DNA from: Eledone cirrhosa
Taxonomy: Eukaryota
Reading direction: 5' to 3'
NCBI GenBank assembly: GCA_964016885.1
Contig: OZ024743.1
Span: 353,896,001-353,960,000 of the forward strand
Length of the DNA: 64,000 bases
Part shown: positions 28,055-39,249 of the stretch, piece by piece
Layout of the letters: each line of letters opens with the position of its first letter
How positions within the stretch are numbered: the stretch's first letter is position 1
Translations under genes and position numbers: made by a program
Notes under the pieces: model-generated
What the model saw: only the letters and a program-made list of their open reading frames with translations
Told to the model about the DNA's origin: nothing
The model's database searches: none

Positions 28055-31000
28055 CTACAGGCGCATGATCAGAGTAGGCCCACTCACGCGGGCCATTCTC
28101 GCCACATTCACCCACCTTTCAGTAAATGTACTGGGGGGCAGCACTTCTCTCTCCACCCTCACCTTCCTTTCCAAGTGAAACTTGAAGAAGTTGATGAGGG
28201 ATTGGCCGAAGAGAAAAGTGTCTGTCTTCAGTCCTTTCAACCTGGTCCACCATGCAACCTCTTTCGCTACTGCCACCAGGCAGAGGAAAATTGCCTGCCC
28301 TTCCTGACCAAAAGAAGGCGGCGGGTCAATCTTCACTATGGACTCGGACGATAGCCGGATCCGTTCTACACGCGACAATAGCTGTTCGACATAACCCCAC
28401 AAGTCAGCAATGCACGGACACTGGACGAGTGCGTGCAGAACGGTTTCGTCGCTCTGCGCGCATCTCGGGCAGGTTCGTCTGACAGCACTTCCGTGCCTGT
28501 AGAGTTTATCCCGAACCGGCAGCGCCCCCCGGTAGCACTGCCAAGCGAGGGATTTCTGGAAGTTATCCATCGTCCCCGGCTCGAAAGTCCTCCGGAACAT
28601 ACTGGTCAGTTCTACTTCGTTGACGCCCAGAGCCTCTCCTAGTACGTCATCGCACTTGCCCTCCACTAATCCTCTATAGAAATCTTGAGTGGAAGTTCCA
28701 CTGACCGCATTGCCCACCTTGCAGAGTGCAGTGAGCGCCTGGCAACATTCCAGATGCCAGTCGCCCAGTCTCGGTCTCTTCTTGACCCAGGACTGCAGCT
28801 CAGTCAAAGAGATGAGCTGCGGAAAGGCCCGTCTAACAAACGGCGACCACACCTGTTCACCGTTTAGGCAAAATATCTGGAGATGTCGCAGCCTCAGCGC
28901 ATGTCTGCGCATCATTAGCCACGGCATGCCCAGCCCTCCACGAAGAGGGTGCTGGCAGCAGATGGACCGCCTCACCAACGGGACCCGTCCCCTCCACAAA
29001 AATTTGAAAAGGAGCCGTTCCAAATTGGCGAGGCGTGGACGGGGGCAAGGCACGACGGTCAGGCGGTAGTAGATGACGGACGCGATGTACGCGCTCGCCA
29101 CCTCCGCCCGCCCTTTCAGTGATAGCTTTCTCTCAGCCCATTTCTGGGTGAGGTTGGCTATCCTGCTCGTCACCTCGTCCCAATTCTTATCCACCTGGAG
29201 GTCTGGTCCGAACCAAACCCCGAGCAACTTTACCGGTCCGTCTGTCCAGCGCCCAACGACGCTGTTGGACGGCATGGACTTGCCTCTCCAGGTGCCGAGC
29301 TGCAAGCCCACCGACTTTTCCGGGTTAAGTTTTGCTCCCGTCAACCTTTCATATTCCTCCAAATGGGTGCGGATCACCTCGATTTCCGAGGTGTCCGACA
29401 CCATCACGGTGATGTCGTCCGCATAAGCGGACGCAGCCTTTCTACGTCCCGGTTCGAGCGGGATGCCCTGCAACAACTCCAGCTTCCGCAGTAGAGGCTC
29501 AAGAGTCAATACGTACAGAAGTGAGGAGAGAGGGCACCCTTGACGGACCGATCGAGAGATCTGAAACGGTTCCGAGAGGTGGCCATTAACTTTGACCACC
29601 GAGCGGATGCCGCTGTACATTGCAGCGATCCAGCTTCTGAAGACGGGGCCGAAGCCAGCCGCCTCGAGGACAGCCTCCAAGTACCGATGGTCGACCCTAT
29701 CGAATGCTTTCGATTGATCTAAATTGATCAGAGCCCCACCGAAGCCAGGTTTGCACCCAACCCTCTCTATGATGTATCGCATGAGGTGGAGGTTGTCGTG
29801 TATGGACCTGGTCGGGATTGCGCAAGTTTGCGCCTCCCCAACCAAATCTTTGACGACAAGCGCCAACCTTTTCGCTAACACCTTGGCCAAAATCTTAAAC
29901 TCTGTGTTGAGCAGGGTTATGGGCCTGAAATTATCTAGTGTGTCCCTCTTGTTCTCGTCTTTCCTTATCAGCGTCACTACGCCACGGCTCACAGAACTGG
30001 GAATGCTCCCGTTCTGCTGCCAGTTGCAGTAGAGCGCTTCGAGGAGATCGGAGAACAAGTCTGGCATATTTACGTAAAGCTCGTAGGGCAGACCATCCAA
30101 ACCGGGTGACTTGCGACTCGAGCAGCCGACAAGGGCGTCCTGAATTTCGGCTGATGTTATCGGCTCTTCGCAGCGCTCAGCGTCGGCCGTCGAGAGGCGT
30201 GGCAAGCCGTCGAGGTAGGGACTGAAGTCCGCCGCCGTCTCCGACTCACCCATCCTCCCGAACAATCGAGCAAAGTGCTGGCGAAAGGCCTCACACATCT
30301 GCTTGGAATCGCTCAGTTCGTGTCCATCTCGATCCGTCAAAGACCGAATTGTGGTTTTATTTCCACGCTGCGTCTCTGCAAAGCGAGCCCATCGGGCAGC
30401 TTTGGTTCCCTCGTTCCTCAGAGCACGCGCCTTAGCTCTGACAATGCAACCTTCGTGTTTCGCATTGAAGAAATGGTCTAGTGCCATTCTCGCCGCTAGC
30501 ACGTCTGTTGCAATGCCACTACAAATAGCCTCGTCTAACTTAGCTATCAGCCCCTCCTCCTTTCTATTTTTCTCTATTGCTACTTCTTTGCTAAATCCTA
30601 TCGAGGTTGCTCTAATCTCTCTTTTGAGTGCCCCCCACCACCTGTTGTTGACAACCCCCCCTGTCAACTTTTGCTTAACTAAGTTGTTGACCCGGTCCCT
30701 GTAAGCTTTACGTGCCGGAAACGACATGTTTAGCTTCCAGTAGCTAGGTCCTAACCTACGTGTCTTATCTAGGTCGACCATACAGATCACAAGCTTGTGA
30801 TCTGAATAGGCAACCGTTTTAAAATGTGGACATCCTACACTATTTCTATCTCTTTTCCTAATGAAAATCCTATCTATGTACGATCTAGATGACCCTATGC
30901 GATTGGTCCAGGTCCATACTGGCGCATTAGGGAAATCTAGTCGGTACCTGTCAGACAGTTGAAACTGGCTGATCAGGTACTTGAGGCTTTTGCACCCCCC

Positions 31001-31474
31001 GCTCCTATCAGATACTCCCACACAATCCCAGCGTGCTTCTAAGATGCCATTCCAATCCCCTATTAACAGTAAAGGGCGAGACGTAAGCAGAAAGTTTTCC
31101 AGGCGCCTAAAGAAGTCCGGCCGACCGGCCCCAGTAGGGGCGTAGACGGCCACCAGTCTAAAGGCACCACCTTCGCTATTGCTCACGTCCAGGACCACCA
31201 ACTTTCCGTCAGGATCCCGGAAGATTGACCTTACCTCGAGATCCAGACATTTCCTAAACAGCACAGCCACTCCACCTCCCATTCCCGGCCGACTAACAGA
31301 TGCAAAGATCTGATAATCGTCGAAAATCGGCGCTAGTGCGCGTGTGTCGGAAATTCTGGTCTCGCTGATGGCAATTACATCCATTCCTAGTGACCTGAGG
31401 TCGTTGAGCAAGTGACCTTGCTTCCAGGGCGACCCCAGGCCACGAACATTTAAACTTCCTACTCTTATGGCCAT
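28055..31474 (-). CDS. LINE ORF2: APE endonuclease, reverse transcriptase, C-terminal zinc finger (1139 aa)
   Basis: SLNVRGL, ISETR, VYAP, GDWN, IDRIF, SDHK; KSPGLDGL, RPITLLN, DQSKAFDRVDH, RQGCPLS, YADD; CPRC...ETVLHALVQC. Uninterrupted. Confidence 0.97.
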   Translation of the reverse strand: MAIRVGSLNVRGLGSPWKQGHLLNDLRSLGMDVIAISETRISDTRALAPIFDDYQIFASVSRPGMGGGVAVLFRKCLDLEVRSIFRDPDGKLVVLDVSNSEGGAFRLVAVYAPTGAGRPDFFRRLENFLLTSRPLLLIGDWNGILEARWDCVGVSDRSGGCKSLKYLISQFQLSDRYRLDFPNAPVWTWTNRIGSSRSYIDRIFIRKRDRNSVGCPHFKTVAYSDHKLVICMVDLDKTRRLGPSYWKLNMSFPARKAYRDRVNNLVKQKLTGGVVNNRWWGALKREIRATSIGFSKEVAIEKNRKEEGLIAKLDEAICSGIATDVLAARMALDHFFNAKHEGCIVRAKARALRNEGTKAARWARFAETQRGNKTTIRSLTDRDGHELSDSKQMCEAFRQHFARLFGRMGESETAADFSPYLDGLPRLSTADAERCEEPITSAEIQDALVGCSSRKSPGLDGLPYELYVNMPDLFSDLLEALYCNWQQNGSIPSSVSRGVVTLIRKDENKRDTLDNFRPITLLNTEFKILAKVLAKRLALVVKDLVGEAQTCAIPTRSIHDNLHLMRYIIERVGCKPGFGGALINLDQSKAFDRVDHRYLEAVLEAAGFGPVFRSWIAAMYSGIRSVVKVNGHLSEPFQISRSVRQGCPLSSLLYVLTLEPLLRKLELLQGIPLEPGRRKAASAYADDITVMVSDTSEIEVIRTHLEEYERLTGAKLNPEKSVGLQLGTWRGKSMPSNSVVGRWTDGPVKLLGVWFGPDLQVDKNWDEVTSRIANLTQKWAERKLSLKGRAEVASAYIASVIYYRLTVVPCPRPRLANLERLLFKFLWRGRVPLVRRSICCQHPLRGGLGMPWLMMRRHALRLRHLQIFCLNGEQVWSPFVRRAFPQLISLTELQSWVKKRPRLGDWHLECCQALTALCKVGNAVSGTSTQDFYRGLVEGKCDDVLGEALGVNEVELTSMFRRTFEPGTMDNFQKSLAWQCYRGALPVRDKLYRHGSAVRRTCPRCAQSDETVLHALVQCPCIADLWGYVEQLLSRVERIRLSSESIVKIDPPPSFGQEGQAIFLCLVAVAKEVAWWTRLKGLKTDTFLFGQSLINFFKFHLERKVRVEREVLPPSTFTERWVNVARMARVSGPTLIMRL

Positions 31475-31503
31475 GCTGGCAGGATGAATGGGAGAGGAAA
31501 GGT

Positions 31504-33408
31504 TTACTTACCTTCCGGGGTCTTGTGAAGGTCGGGTGGTTCGACCTCCATGGTTTGTGGGGTTTCTTTTGGGAACCCCTTTAATAGTCTTGACGTGGGT
31601 TTTACGTTCGGGGTTCCCACATCCCGAGGAAAGCTCTTTCGAATTTCTTTGTATGAAGCGAGCGACATTCGCATCAGAAGCAAATTATCTGGTACGCGAA
31701 ATGTGCTCGCTTCAAATGTTTCCCCGTCTTTTTCGATGTTTGTGCTTCGTGCTACATGGGCCATCAATTCCTTGTTGGCCCTTCTGGCAAGCACGAAGTT
31801 TTTAATGTTTTGTTGCTCGGGTTTTATTTGTTCGTGTGATTGTGGTGGTGATAGCTTTGTTAGTGTTGTTTCTATTGTGTCTGCGTTTGTTGTGGGTGGG
31901 GTGTCTGTAGTTTCTGATGTTTGTGTGTCTATTTGTTCTTGTGTCTGTTTAGCTTGTTTGCGTTTGGGGGATTTTGGTGGTTGTGTTGGTGATGCTGTGG
32001 GGAAAATGTTTGTGTGGGTGGTGTGTGTATTTTTTTTTGTGGGGGTGTTTGTGCTTTGTGGATTTCTTTTTTTTTTGTGTTTTGTTTTTTGTATTTTGGG
32101 GGACTTTGGTTTTCCCTCATCTTCACTGCTGGAGGATGAGGGGTCTGTGGCTGTGAGCGTGTTTGTGTCTGAGTGAGTGTTTATGTTCTTGTTCGTGTGT
32201 GTATTTTGGGGGGGAGGGGGAATGGGAGAGCTTTCCTCGTTTCCCCCCTGGGTGTGCAATTTTGGTGGTTCCATTGTTGACGGTGTTGCTGGTGGTCCTT
32301 GTCCCGGCGTCGCCAGCAGTGGAATCTTTCGACCCCTTGCGCTTTTCGGCAGTTGAGGGCAGAAGGCTCGCAAGTGTGTCGTTTCCCCACAAAGGAAACA
32401 ATGCGGCCTTTTGCCCTCAGTCATTATATGCAACACCCTCCCGTTTTGGAGGCGGATGTGGTCCGGGATTGCTTTTACGTTTTCGGGTCTGATTTGGAGC
32501 AGTATCTCCAGATCAACCCCGGACCAATCGTCCCTGGCAGTTCTCGTTGCCTCTACCGGGACTGTATCCGTTCCTTCCACGATTACGCAACCCAGGAGCC
32601 ACCACATATCAAGTCCTGGTGGAATCCTGGGAATGCGCACACGTGCTATTCGTTTTCCCATGTGGGAGGGGTACATTATAACCTTGCTGGTTTTGCAAGG
32701 GGTCATTGAATGCTTCACAGCGAGGGCTTCAGACTTGAACAGCACCGAAACGGTGCCGTATTGCCTGCCCCTCTCTATGAAGTCTGTGTCCTCTCTGATG
32801 TATTTCAGTGCGGCTTCTATATCAGCTTGGGCGATTATCGCTGCCCTCTTTGTCTCTACTGAGATGCATCTGAAATGCACCGTTCTTTTTTCCACTGCCT
32901 CAATGGCTTCTGCCGGGACAGTTAAGTTTGCCCAGGTCTGCTCTTGATTTATGATTTTCCAGGCCTGGGCCAACTTTTCCTCTCTGTAGGTTAAGTCGAT
33001 GCTGTAGCATGGTCTCCTTTTAGCCGCTGCCACAGCAGCGAAGGTGTTCTTGTTGGTGTTGTCACTGTTGTTGTTCTTGTTGGTGTTGCTGCTGCTATTG
33101 CTGTTGTTGTTCTCCCCTGTGTCGTGGTTACCCTCTGTGCTGTTGGCCTTGTTGGTGCTGTTGCTGTCGCTACTATTACTCTCTGTGCTGTTCGTTTTGT
33201 TGGTGCTCTCGCTATTACCACCTTCTGCGCTGTTCGGCTTGTTGGTGTTGTCGCTGTTACCACCTTCCGCGCCGCTCGGCCCGTTGGTGCTGGCACTGTC
33301 GCTGCTCACATTCGTGCTGGTGGCGCTCCTCGCCTCACCTCTCCTCTCAACACTCAAGTCGCCGTTGCACGACAGCAGACCCGCCTCTAGGGGGCGTGGC
33401 TCCGCCAT
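31504..33408 (-). CDS. LINE ORF1 gag-like nucleic-acid-binding protein (634 aa)
   Basis: CCHC knuckle CFLCGETTHLRAFC, N/S/T-rich N-terminus, basic low-complexity C-terminal region, 29 nt upstream of ORF2. Confidence 0.9.
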   Translation of the reverse strand: MAEPRPLEAGLLSCNGDLSVERRGEARSATSTNVSSDSASTNGPSGAEGGNSDNTNKPNSAEGGNSESTNKTNSTESNSSDSNSTNKANSTEGNHDTGENNNSNSSSNTNKNNNSDNTNKNTFAAVAAAKRRPCYSIDLTYREEKLAQAWKIINQEQTWANLTVPAEAIEAVEKRTVHFRCISVETKRAAIIAQADIEAALKYIREDTDFIERGRQYGTVSVLFKSEALAVKHSMTPCKTSKVIMYPSHMGKRIARVRIPRIPPGLDMWWLLGCVIVEGTDTVPVEATRTARDDWSGVDLEILLQIRPENVKAIPDHIRLQNGRVLHIMTEGKRPHCFLCGETTHLRAFCPQLPKSARGRKIPLLATPGQGPPATPSTMEPPKLHTQGGNEESSPIPPPPQNTHTNKNINTHSDTNTLTATDPSSSSSEDEGKPKSPKIQKTKHKKKRNPQSTNTPTKKNTHTTHTNIFPTASPTQPPKSPKRKQAKQTQEQIDTQTSETTDTPPTTNADTIETTLTKLSPPQSHEQIKPEQQNIKNFVLARRANKELMAHVARSTNIEKDGETFEASTFRVPDNLLLMRMSLASYKEIRKSFPRDVGTPNVKPTSRLLKGFPKETPQTMEVEPPDLHKTPEGK

Positions 33409-33889
33409 GTTTTTTTGAGAAAAAAATTATTATTTTTTTTCAAAATAAAGTTCAAATATTTGGGCCAAAAGGCCCAAATATTATGAGTTATTCCTTCACA
33501 GGATACAAATTAATGTCTTATAATGCTTCAGCGGTACAAAAAAAAAACAATTCTCTACAATTAATCCTCAAAAATTGCTTACTCACGGAGCTTCAAAAAA
33601 CGTACATCCACTTTCGTCAATAATAATAATAATAATGATTTCATTTATTGGCCACAAGGGCCGACATATAGGGGACAACACAATAGACAGGGACAGTGGG
33701 GGTTTACATAGAGATCGAGTAAGTATAAATAACAAAAAAACAAAATAACAATAAAAATACAACAATGAAAGTTCCCCAATAAGAGGGATCACCACCCAGG
33801 GTTGACTCAAGCACCCCACCAGTCCTGAGCCACCCGACGCTCCTAGGGCACCCGGGAAGGGCACCCCTCTCCTTCTCGAATTCACCAGC

Positions 33890-36800
33890 CTACAGGCGCA
33901 TGATCAGAGTAGGCCCACTCACGCGGGCCATTCTCGCCACATTCACCCACCTTTCAGTAAATGTACTGGGGGGCAGCACTTCTCTCTCCACCCTCACCTT
34001 CCTTTCCAAGTGAAACTTGAAGAAGTTGATGAGGGATTGGCCGAAGAGAAAAGTGTCTGTCTTCAGTCCTTTCAACCTGGTCCACCATGCAACCTCTTTC
34101 GCTACTGCCACCAGGCAGAGGAAAATTGCCTGCCCTTCCTGACCAAAAGAAGGTGGCGGGTCAATCTTCACTATGGACTCGGACGATAGCCGGATCCGTT
34201 CTACACGCGACAATAGCTGTTCGACATAACCCCACAAGTCAGCAATGCACGGACACTGGACGAGTGCGTGCAGAACGGTTTCGTCGCTCTGCGCGCATCT
34301 CGGGCAGGTTCGTCTGACAGCACTTCCGTGCCTGTAGAGTTTATCCCGAACCGGCAGCGCCCCCCGGTAGCACTGCCAAGCGAGGGATTTCTGGAAGTTA
34401 TCCATCGTCCCCGGCTCGAAAGTCCTCCGGAACATACTGGTCAGTTCTACTTCGTTGACGCCCAGAGCCTCTCCTAGTACGTCATCGCACTTGCCCTCCA
34501 CTAATCCTCTATAGAAATCTTGAGTGGAAGTTCCACTGACCGCATTGCCCACCTTGCAGAGTGCAGTGAGCGCCTGGCAACATTCCAGATGCCAGTCGCC
34601 CAGTCTCGGTCTCTTCTTGACCCAGGACTGCAGCTCAGTCAAAGAGATGAGCTGCGGAAAGGCCCGTCTAACAAACGGCGACCACACCTGTTCACCGTTT
34701 AGGCAAAATATCTGGAGATGTCGCAGCCTCAGCGCATGTCTGCGCATCATTAGCCACGGCATGCCCAGCCCTCCACGAAGAGGGTGCTGGCAGCAGATGG
34801 ACCGCCTCACCAACGGGACCCGTCCCCTCCACAAAAATTTGAAAAGGAGCCGTTCCAAATTGGCGAGGCGTGGACGGGGGCAAGGCACGACGGTCAGGCG
34901 GTAGTAGATGACGGACGCGATGTACGCGTTCGCCACCTCCGCCCGCCCTTTCAGTGATAGCTTTCTCTCAGCCCATTTCTGGGTGAGGTTGGCTATCCTG
35001 CTCGTCACCTCGTCCCAATTCTTATCCACCTGGAGGTCTGGTCCGAACCAAACCCCGAGCAACTTTACCGGTCCGTCTGTCCAGCGCCCAACGACGCTGT
35101 TGGACGGCATGGACTTGCCTCTCCAGGTGCCGAGCTGCAAGCCCACCGACTTTTCCGGGTTAAGTTTTGCTCCCGTCAACCTTTCATATTCCTCCAAATG
35201 GGTGCGGATCACCTCGATTTCCGAGGTGTCCGACACCATCACGGTGATGTCGTCCGCATAAGCGGACGCAGCCTTTCTACGTCCCGGTTCGAGCGGGATG
35301 CCCTGCAACAACTCCAGCTTCCGCAGTAGAGGCTCAAGAGTCAATACGTACAGAAGTGAGGAGAGAGGGCACCCTTGACGGACCGATCGAGAGATCTGAA
35401 ACGGTTCCGAGAGGTGGCCATTAACTTTGACCACCGAGCGGATGCCGCTGTACATTGCAGCGATCCAGCTTCTGAAGACGGGGCCGAAGCCAGCCGCCTC
35501 GAGGACAGCCTCCAAGTACCGATGGTCGACCCTATCGAATGCTTTCGATTGATCTAAATTGATCAGAGCCCCACCGAAGCCAGGTTTGCACCCAACCCTC
35601 TCTATGATGTATCGCATGAGGTGGAGGTTGTCGTGTATGGACCTGGTCGGGATTGCGCAAGTTTGCGCCTCCCCAACCAAATCTTTGACGACAAGCGCCA
35701 ACCTTTTCGCTAACACCTTGGCCAAAATCTTAAACTCTGTGTTGAGCAGGGTTATGGGCCTGAAATTATCTAGTGTGTCCCTCTTGTTCTCGTCTTTCCT
35801 TATCAGCGTCACTACGCCACGGCTCACAGAACTGGGAATGCTCCCGTTCTGCTGCCAGTTGCAGTAGAGCGCTTCGAGGAGATCGGAGAACAAGTCTGGC
35901 ATATTTACGTAAAGCTCGTAGGGCAGACCATCCAAACCGGGTGACTTGCGACTCGAGCAGCCGACAAGGGCGTCCTGAATTTCGGCTGATGTTATCGGCT
36001 CTTCGCAGCGCTCAGCGTCGGCCGTCGAGAGGCGTGGCAAGCCGTCGAGGTAGGGACTGAAGTCCGCCGCCGTCTCCGACTCACCCATCCTCCCGAACAA
36101 TCGAGCAAAGTGCTGGCGAAAGGCCTCACACATCTGCTTGGAATCGCTCAGTTCGTGTCCATCTCGATCCGTCAAAGACCGAATTGTGGTTTTATTTCCA
36201 CGCTGCGTCTCTGCAAAGCGAGCCCATCGGGCAGCTTTGCTTCCCTCGTTCCTCAGAGCACGCGCCTTAGCTCTGACAATGCAACCTTCGTGTTTCGCAT
36301 TGAAGAAATGGTCTAGTGCCATTCTCGCCGCTAGCACGTCTGTTGCAATGCCACTACAAATAGCCTCGTCTAACTTAGCTATCAGCCCCTCCTCCTTTCT
36401 ATTTTTCTCTATTGCTACTTCTTTGCTAAATCCTATCGAGGTTGCTCTAATCTCTCTTTTGAGTGCCCCCCACCACCTGTTGTTGACAACCCCCCCTGTC
36501 AACTTTTGCTTAACTAAGTTGTTGACCCGGTCCCTGTAAGCTTTACGTGCCGGAAACGACATGTTTAGCTTCCAGTAGCTAGGTCCTAACCTACGTGTCT
36601 TATCTAGGTCGACCATACAGATCACAAGCTTGTGATCTGAATAGGCAACCGTTTTAAAATGTGGACATCCTACACTATTTCTATCTCTTTTCCTAATGAA
36701 AATCCTATCTATGTACGATCTAGATGACCCTATGCGATTGGTCCAGGTCCATACTGGCGCATTAGGGAAATCTAGTCGGTACCTGTCAGACAGTTGAAAC

Positions 36801-37309
36801 TGGCTGATCAGGTACTTGAGGCTTTTGCACCCCCCGCTCCTATCAGATACTCCCACACAATCCCAGCGTGCTTCTAAGATGCCATTCCAATCCCCTATTA
36901 ACAGTAAAGGGCGAGACGTAAGCAGAAAGTTTTCCAGGCGCCTAAAGAAGTCCGGTCAACCGGCCCCAGTAGGGGCGTAGACGGCCACCAGTCTAAAGGC
37001 ACCACCTTCGCTATTGCTCACGTCCAGGACCACCAACTTTCCGTCAGGATCCCGGAAGATTGACCTTACCTCGAGACCCAGACATTTCCTAAACAGCACA
37101 GCCACTCCACCTCCCATTCCCGGCCGACTAACAGATGCAAAGATCTGATAATCGTCGAAAATCGGCGCCAGTGCGCGTGTGTCGGAAATTCTGGTCTCGC
37201 TGATGGCAATTACATCCATTCCTAGTGACCTGAGGTCGTTGAGCAAGTGACCTTGCTTCCAGGGCGACCCCAGGCCACGAACATTTAAACTTCCTACTCT
37301 TATGGCCAT
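33890..37309 (-). pseudogene. LINE ORF2 copy 2 with a premature stop in the endonuclease
   Basis: Codon CGG (R118 in copy 1) is TGA at 36956-36958. The rest of the frame is intact. Confidence 0.9.
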
Positions 37310-37338
37310 GCTGGCAGGATGAATGGGAGAGGAAAGGT

Positions 37339-39249
37339 TTACTTACCTTCCGGGGTCTTGTGAAGGTCGGGTGGTTCGACCTCCATGGTTTGTGGGGTTT
37401 CTTTTGGGAACCCCTTTAATAGTCTTGACGTGGGTTTTACGTTCGGGGTTCCCACATCCCGAGGAAAGCTCTTTCGAATTTCTTTGTATGAAGCGAGCGA
37501 CATTCGCATCAGAAGCAAATTATCTGGTACGCGAAATGTGCTCGCTTCAAATGTTTCCCCGTCTTTTTCGATGTTTGTGCTTCGTGCTACATGGGCCATC
37601 AATTCCTTGTTGGCCCTTCTGGCAAGCACGAAGTTTTTAATGTTTTGTTGCTCGGGTTTTATTTGTTCGTGTGATTGTGGTGGTGATAGCTTTGTTAGTG
37701 TTGTTTCTATTGTGTCTGCGTTTGTTGTGGGTGGGGTGTCTGTAGTTTCTGATGTTTGTGTGTCTATTTGTTCTTGTGTCTGTTTAGCTTGTTTGCGTTT
37801 GGGGGATTTTGGTGGTTGTGTTGGTGATGCTGTGGGGAAAATGTTTGTGTGGGTGGTGTGTGTATTTTTTTTTGTGGGGGTGTTTGTGCTTTGTGGATTT
37901 CTTTTTTTTTTGTGTTTTGTTTTTTGTATTTTGGGGGACTTTGGTTTTCCCTCATCTTCACTGCTGGAGGATGAGGGGTCTGTGGCTGTGAGCGTGTTTG
38001 TGTCTGAGTGAGTGTTTATGTTCTTGTTCGTGTGTGTATTTTGGGGGGGAGGGGGAATGGGAGAGCTTTCCTCGTTTCCCCCCTGGGTGTGCAATTTTGG
38101 TGGTTCCATTGTTGACGGTGTTGCTGGTGGTCCTTGTCCCGGCGTCGCCAGCAGTGGAATCTTTCGACCCCTTGCGCTTTTCGGCAGTTGAGGGCAGAAG
38201 GCTCGCAAGTGTGTCGTTTCCCCACAAAGGAAACAATGCGGCCTTTTGCCCTCAGTCATTATATGCAACACCCTCCCGTTTTGGAGGCGGATGTGGTCCG
38301 GGATTGCTTTTACGTTTTCGGGTCTGATTTGGAGCAGTATCTCCAGATCAACCCCGGACCAGTCGTCCCTGGCAGTTCTCGTTGCCTCTACCGGGACTGT
38401 ATCCGTTCCTTCCACGATTACGCAACCCAGGAGCCACCACATATCAAGTCCTGGTGGAATCCTGGGAATGCGCACACGTGCTATTCGTTTTCCCATGTGG
38501 GAGGGGTACATTATAACCTTGCTGGTTTTGCAAGGGGTCATTGAATGCTTCACAGCGAGGGCTTCAGACTTGAACAGCACCGAAACGGTGCCGTATTGCC
38601 TGCCCCTCTCTATGAAGTCTGTGTCCTCTCTGATGTATTTCAGTGCGGCTTCTATATCAGCTTGGGCGATTATCGCTGCCCTCTTTGTCTCTACTGAGAT
38701 GCATCTGAAATGCACCGTTCTTTTTTCCACTGCCTCAATGGCTTCTGCCGGGACAGTTAAGTTTGCCCAGGTCTGCTCTTGATTTATGATTTTCCAGGCC
38801 TGGGCCAACTTTTCCTCTCTGTAGGTTAAGTCGATGCTGTAGCATGGTCTCCTTTTAGCCGCTGCCACAGCAGCGAAGGTGTTCTTGTTGGTGTTGTCAC
38901 TGTTGTTGTTCTTGTTGGTGTTGCTGCTGCTATTGCTGTTGTTGTTCTCCCCTGTGTCGTGGTTACCCTCTGTGCTGTTGGCCTTGTTGGTGCTGTTGCT
39001 GTCGCTACTATTACTCTCTGTGCTGTTCGTTTTGTTGGTGCTCTCGCTATTACCACCTTCTGCGCTGTTCGGCTTGTTGGTGTTGGTGTTGTCGCTGTTA
39101 CCACCTTCCGCGCCGCTCGGCCCGTTGGTGCTGGCACTGTCGCTGCTCACATTCGTGCTGGTGGCGCTCCTCGCCTCACCTCTCCTCTCAACACTCAAGT
39201 CGCCGTTGCACGACAGCAGACCCGCCTCTAGGGGGCGTGGCTCCGCCAT
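37339..39249 (-). CDS. LINE ORF1 copy 2 (636 aa)
   Basis: Same protein as copy 1 except for a TN insertion in the N-terminal repeat. Confidence 0.9.
   Translation of the reverse strand: MAEPRPLEAGLLSCNGDLSVERRGEARSATSTNVSSDSASTNGPSGAEGGNSDNTNTNKPNSAEGGNSESTNKTNSTESNSSDSNSTNKANSTEGNHDTGENNNSNSSSNTNKNNNSDNTNKNTFAAVAAAKRRPCYSIDLTYREEKLAQAWKIINQEQTWANLTVPAEAIEAVEKRTVHFRCISVETKRAAIIAQADIEAALKYIREDTDFIERGRQYGTVSVLFKSEALAVKHSMTPCKTSKVIMYPSHMGKRIARVRIPRIPPGLDMWWLLGCVIVEGTDTVPVEATRTARDDWSGVDLEILLQIRPENVKAIPDHIRLQNGRVLHIMTEGKRPHCFLCGETTHLRAFCPQLPKSARGRKIPLLATPGQGPPATPSTMEPPKLHTQGGNEESSPIPPPPQNTHTNKNINTHSDTNTLTATDPSSSSSEDEGKPKSPKIQKTKHKKKRNPQSTNTPTKKNTHTTHTNIFPTASPTQPPKSPKRKQAKQTQEQIDTQTSETTDTPPTTNADTIETTLTKLSPPQSHEQIKPEQQNIKNFVLARRANKELMAHVARSTNIEKDGETFEASTFRVPDNLLLMRMSLASYKEIRKSFPRDVGTPNVKPTSRLLKGFPKETPQTMEVEPPDLHKTPEGK

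Larger units (their letters stand above)
27801..33618 (-). mobile_element. Full-length Tx1/L1-clade LINE, copy 1 (apparently intact)
   Basis: About 210-nt 5' UTR, ORF1, ORF2, 3' UTR ending aataaatgaaatc(att)n. (AAT)n on both sides (27756-27800 and 33619-33636). Confidence 0.95.
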
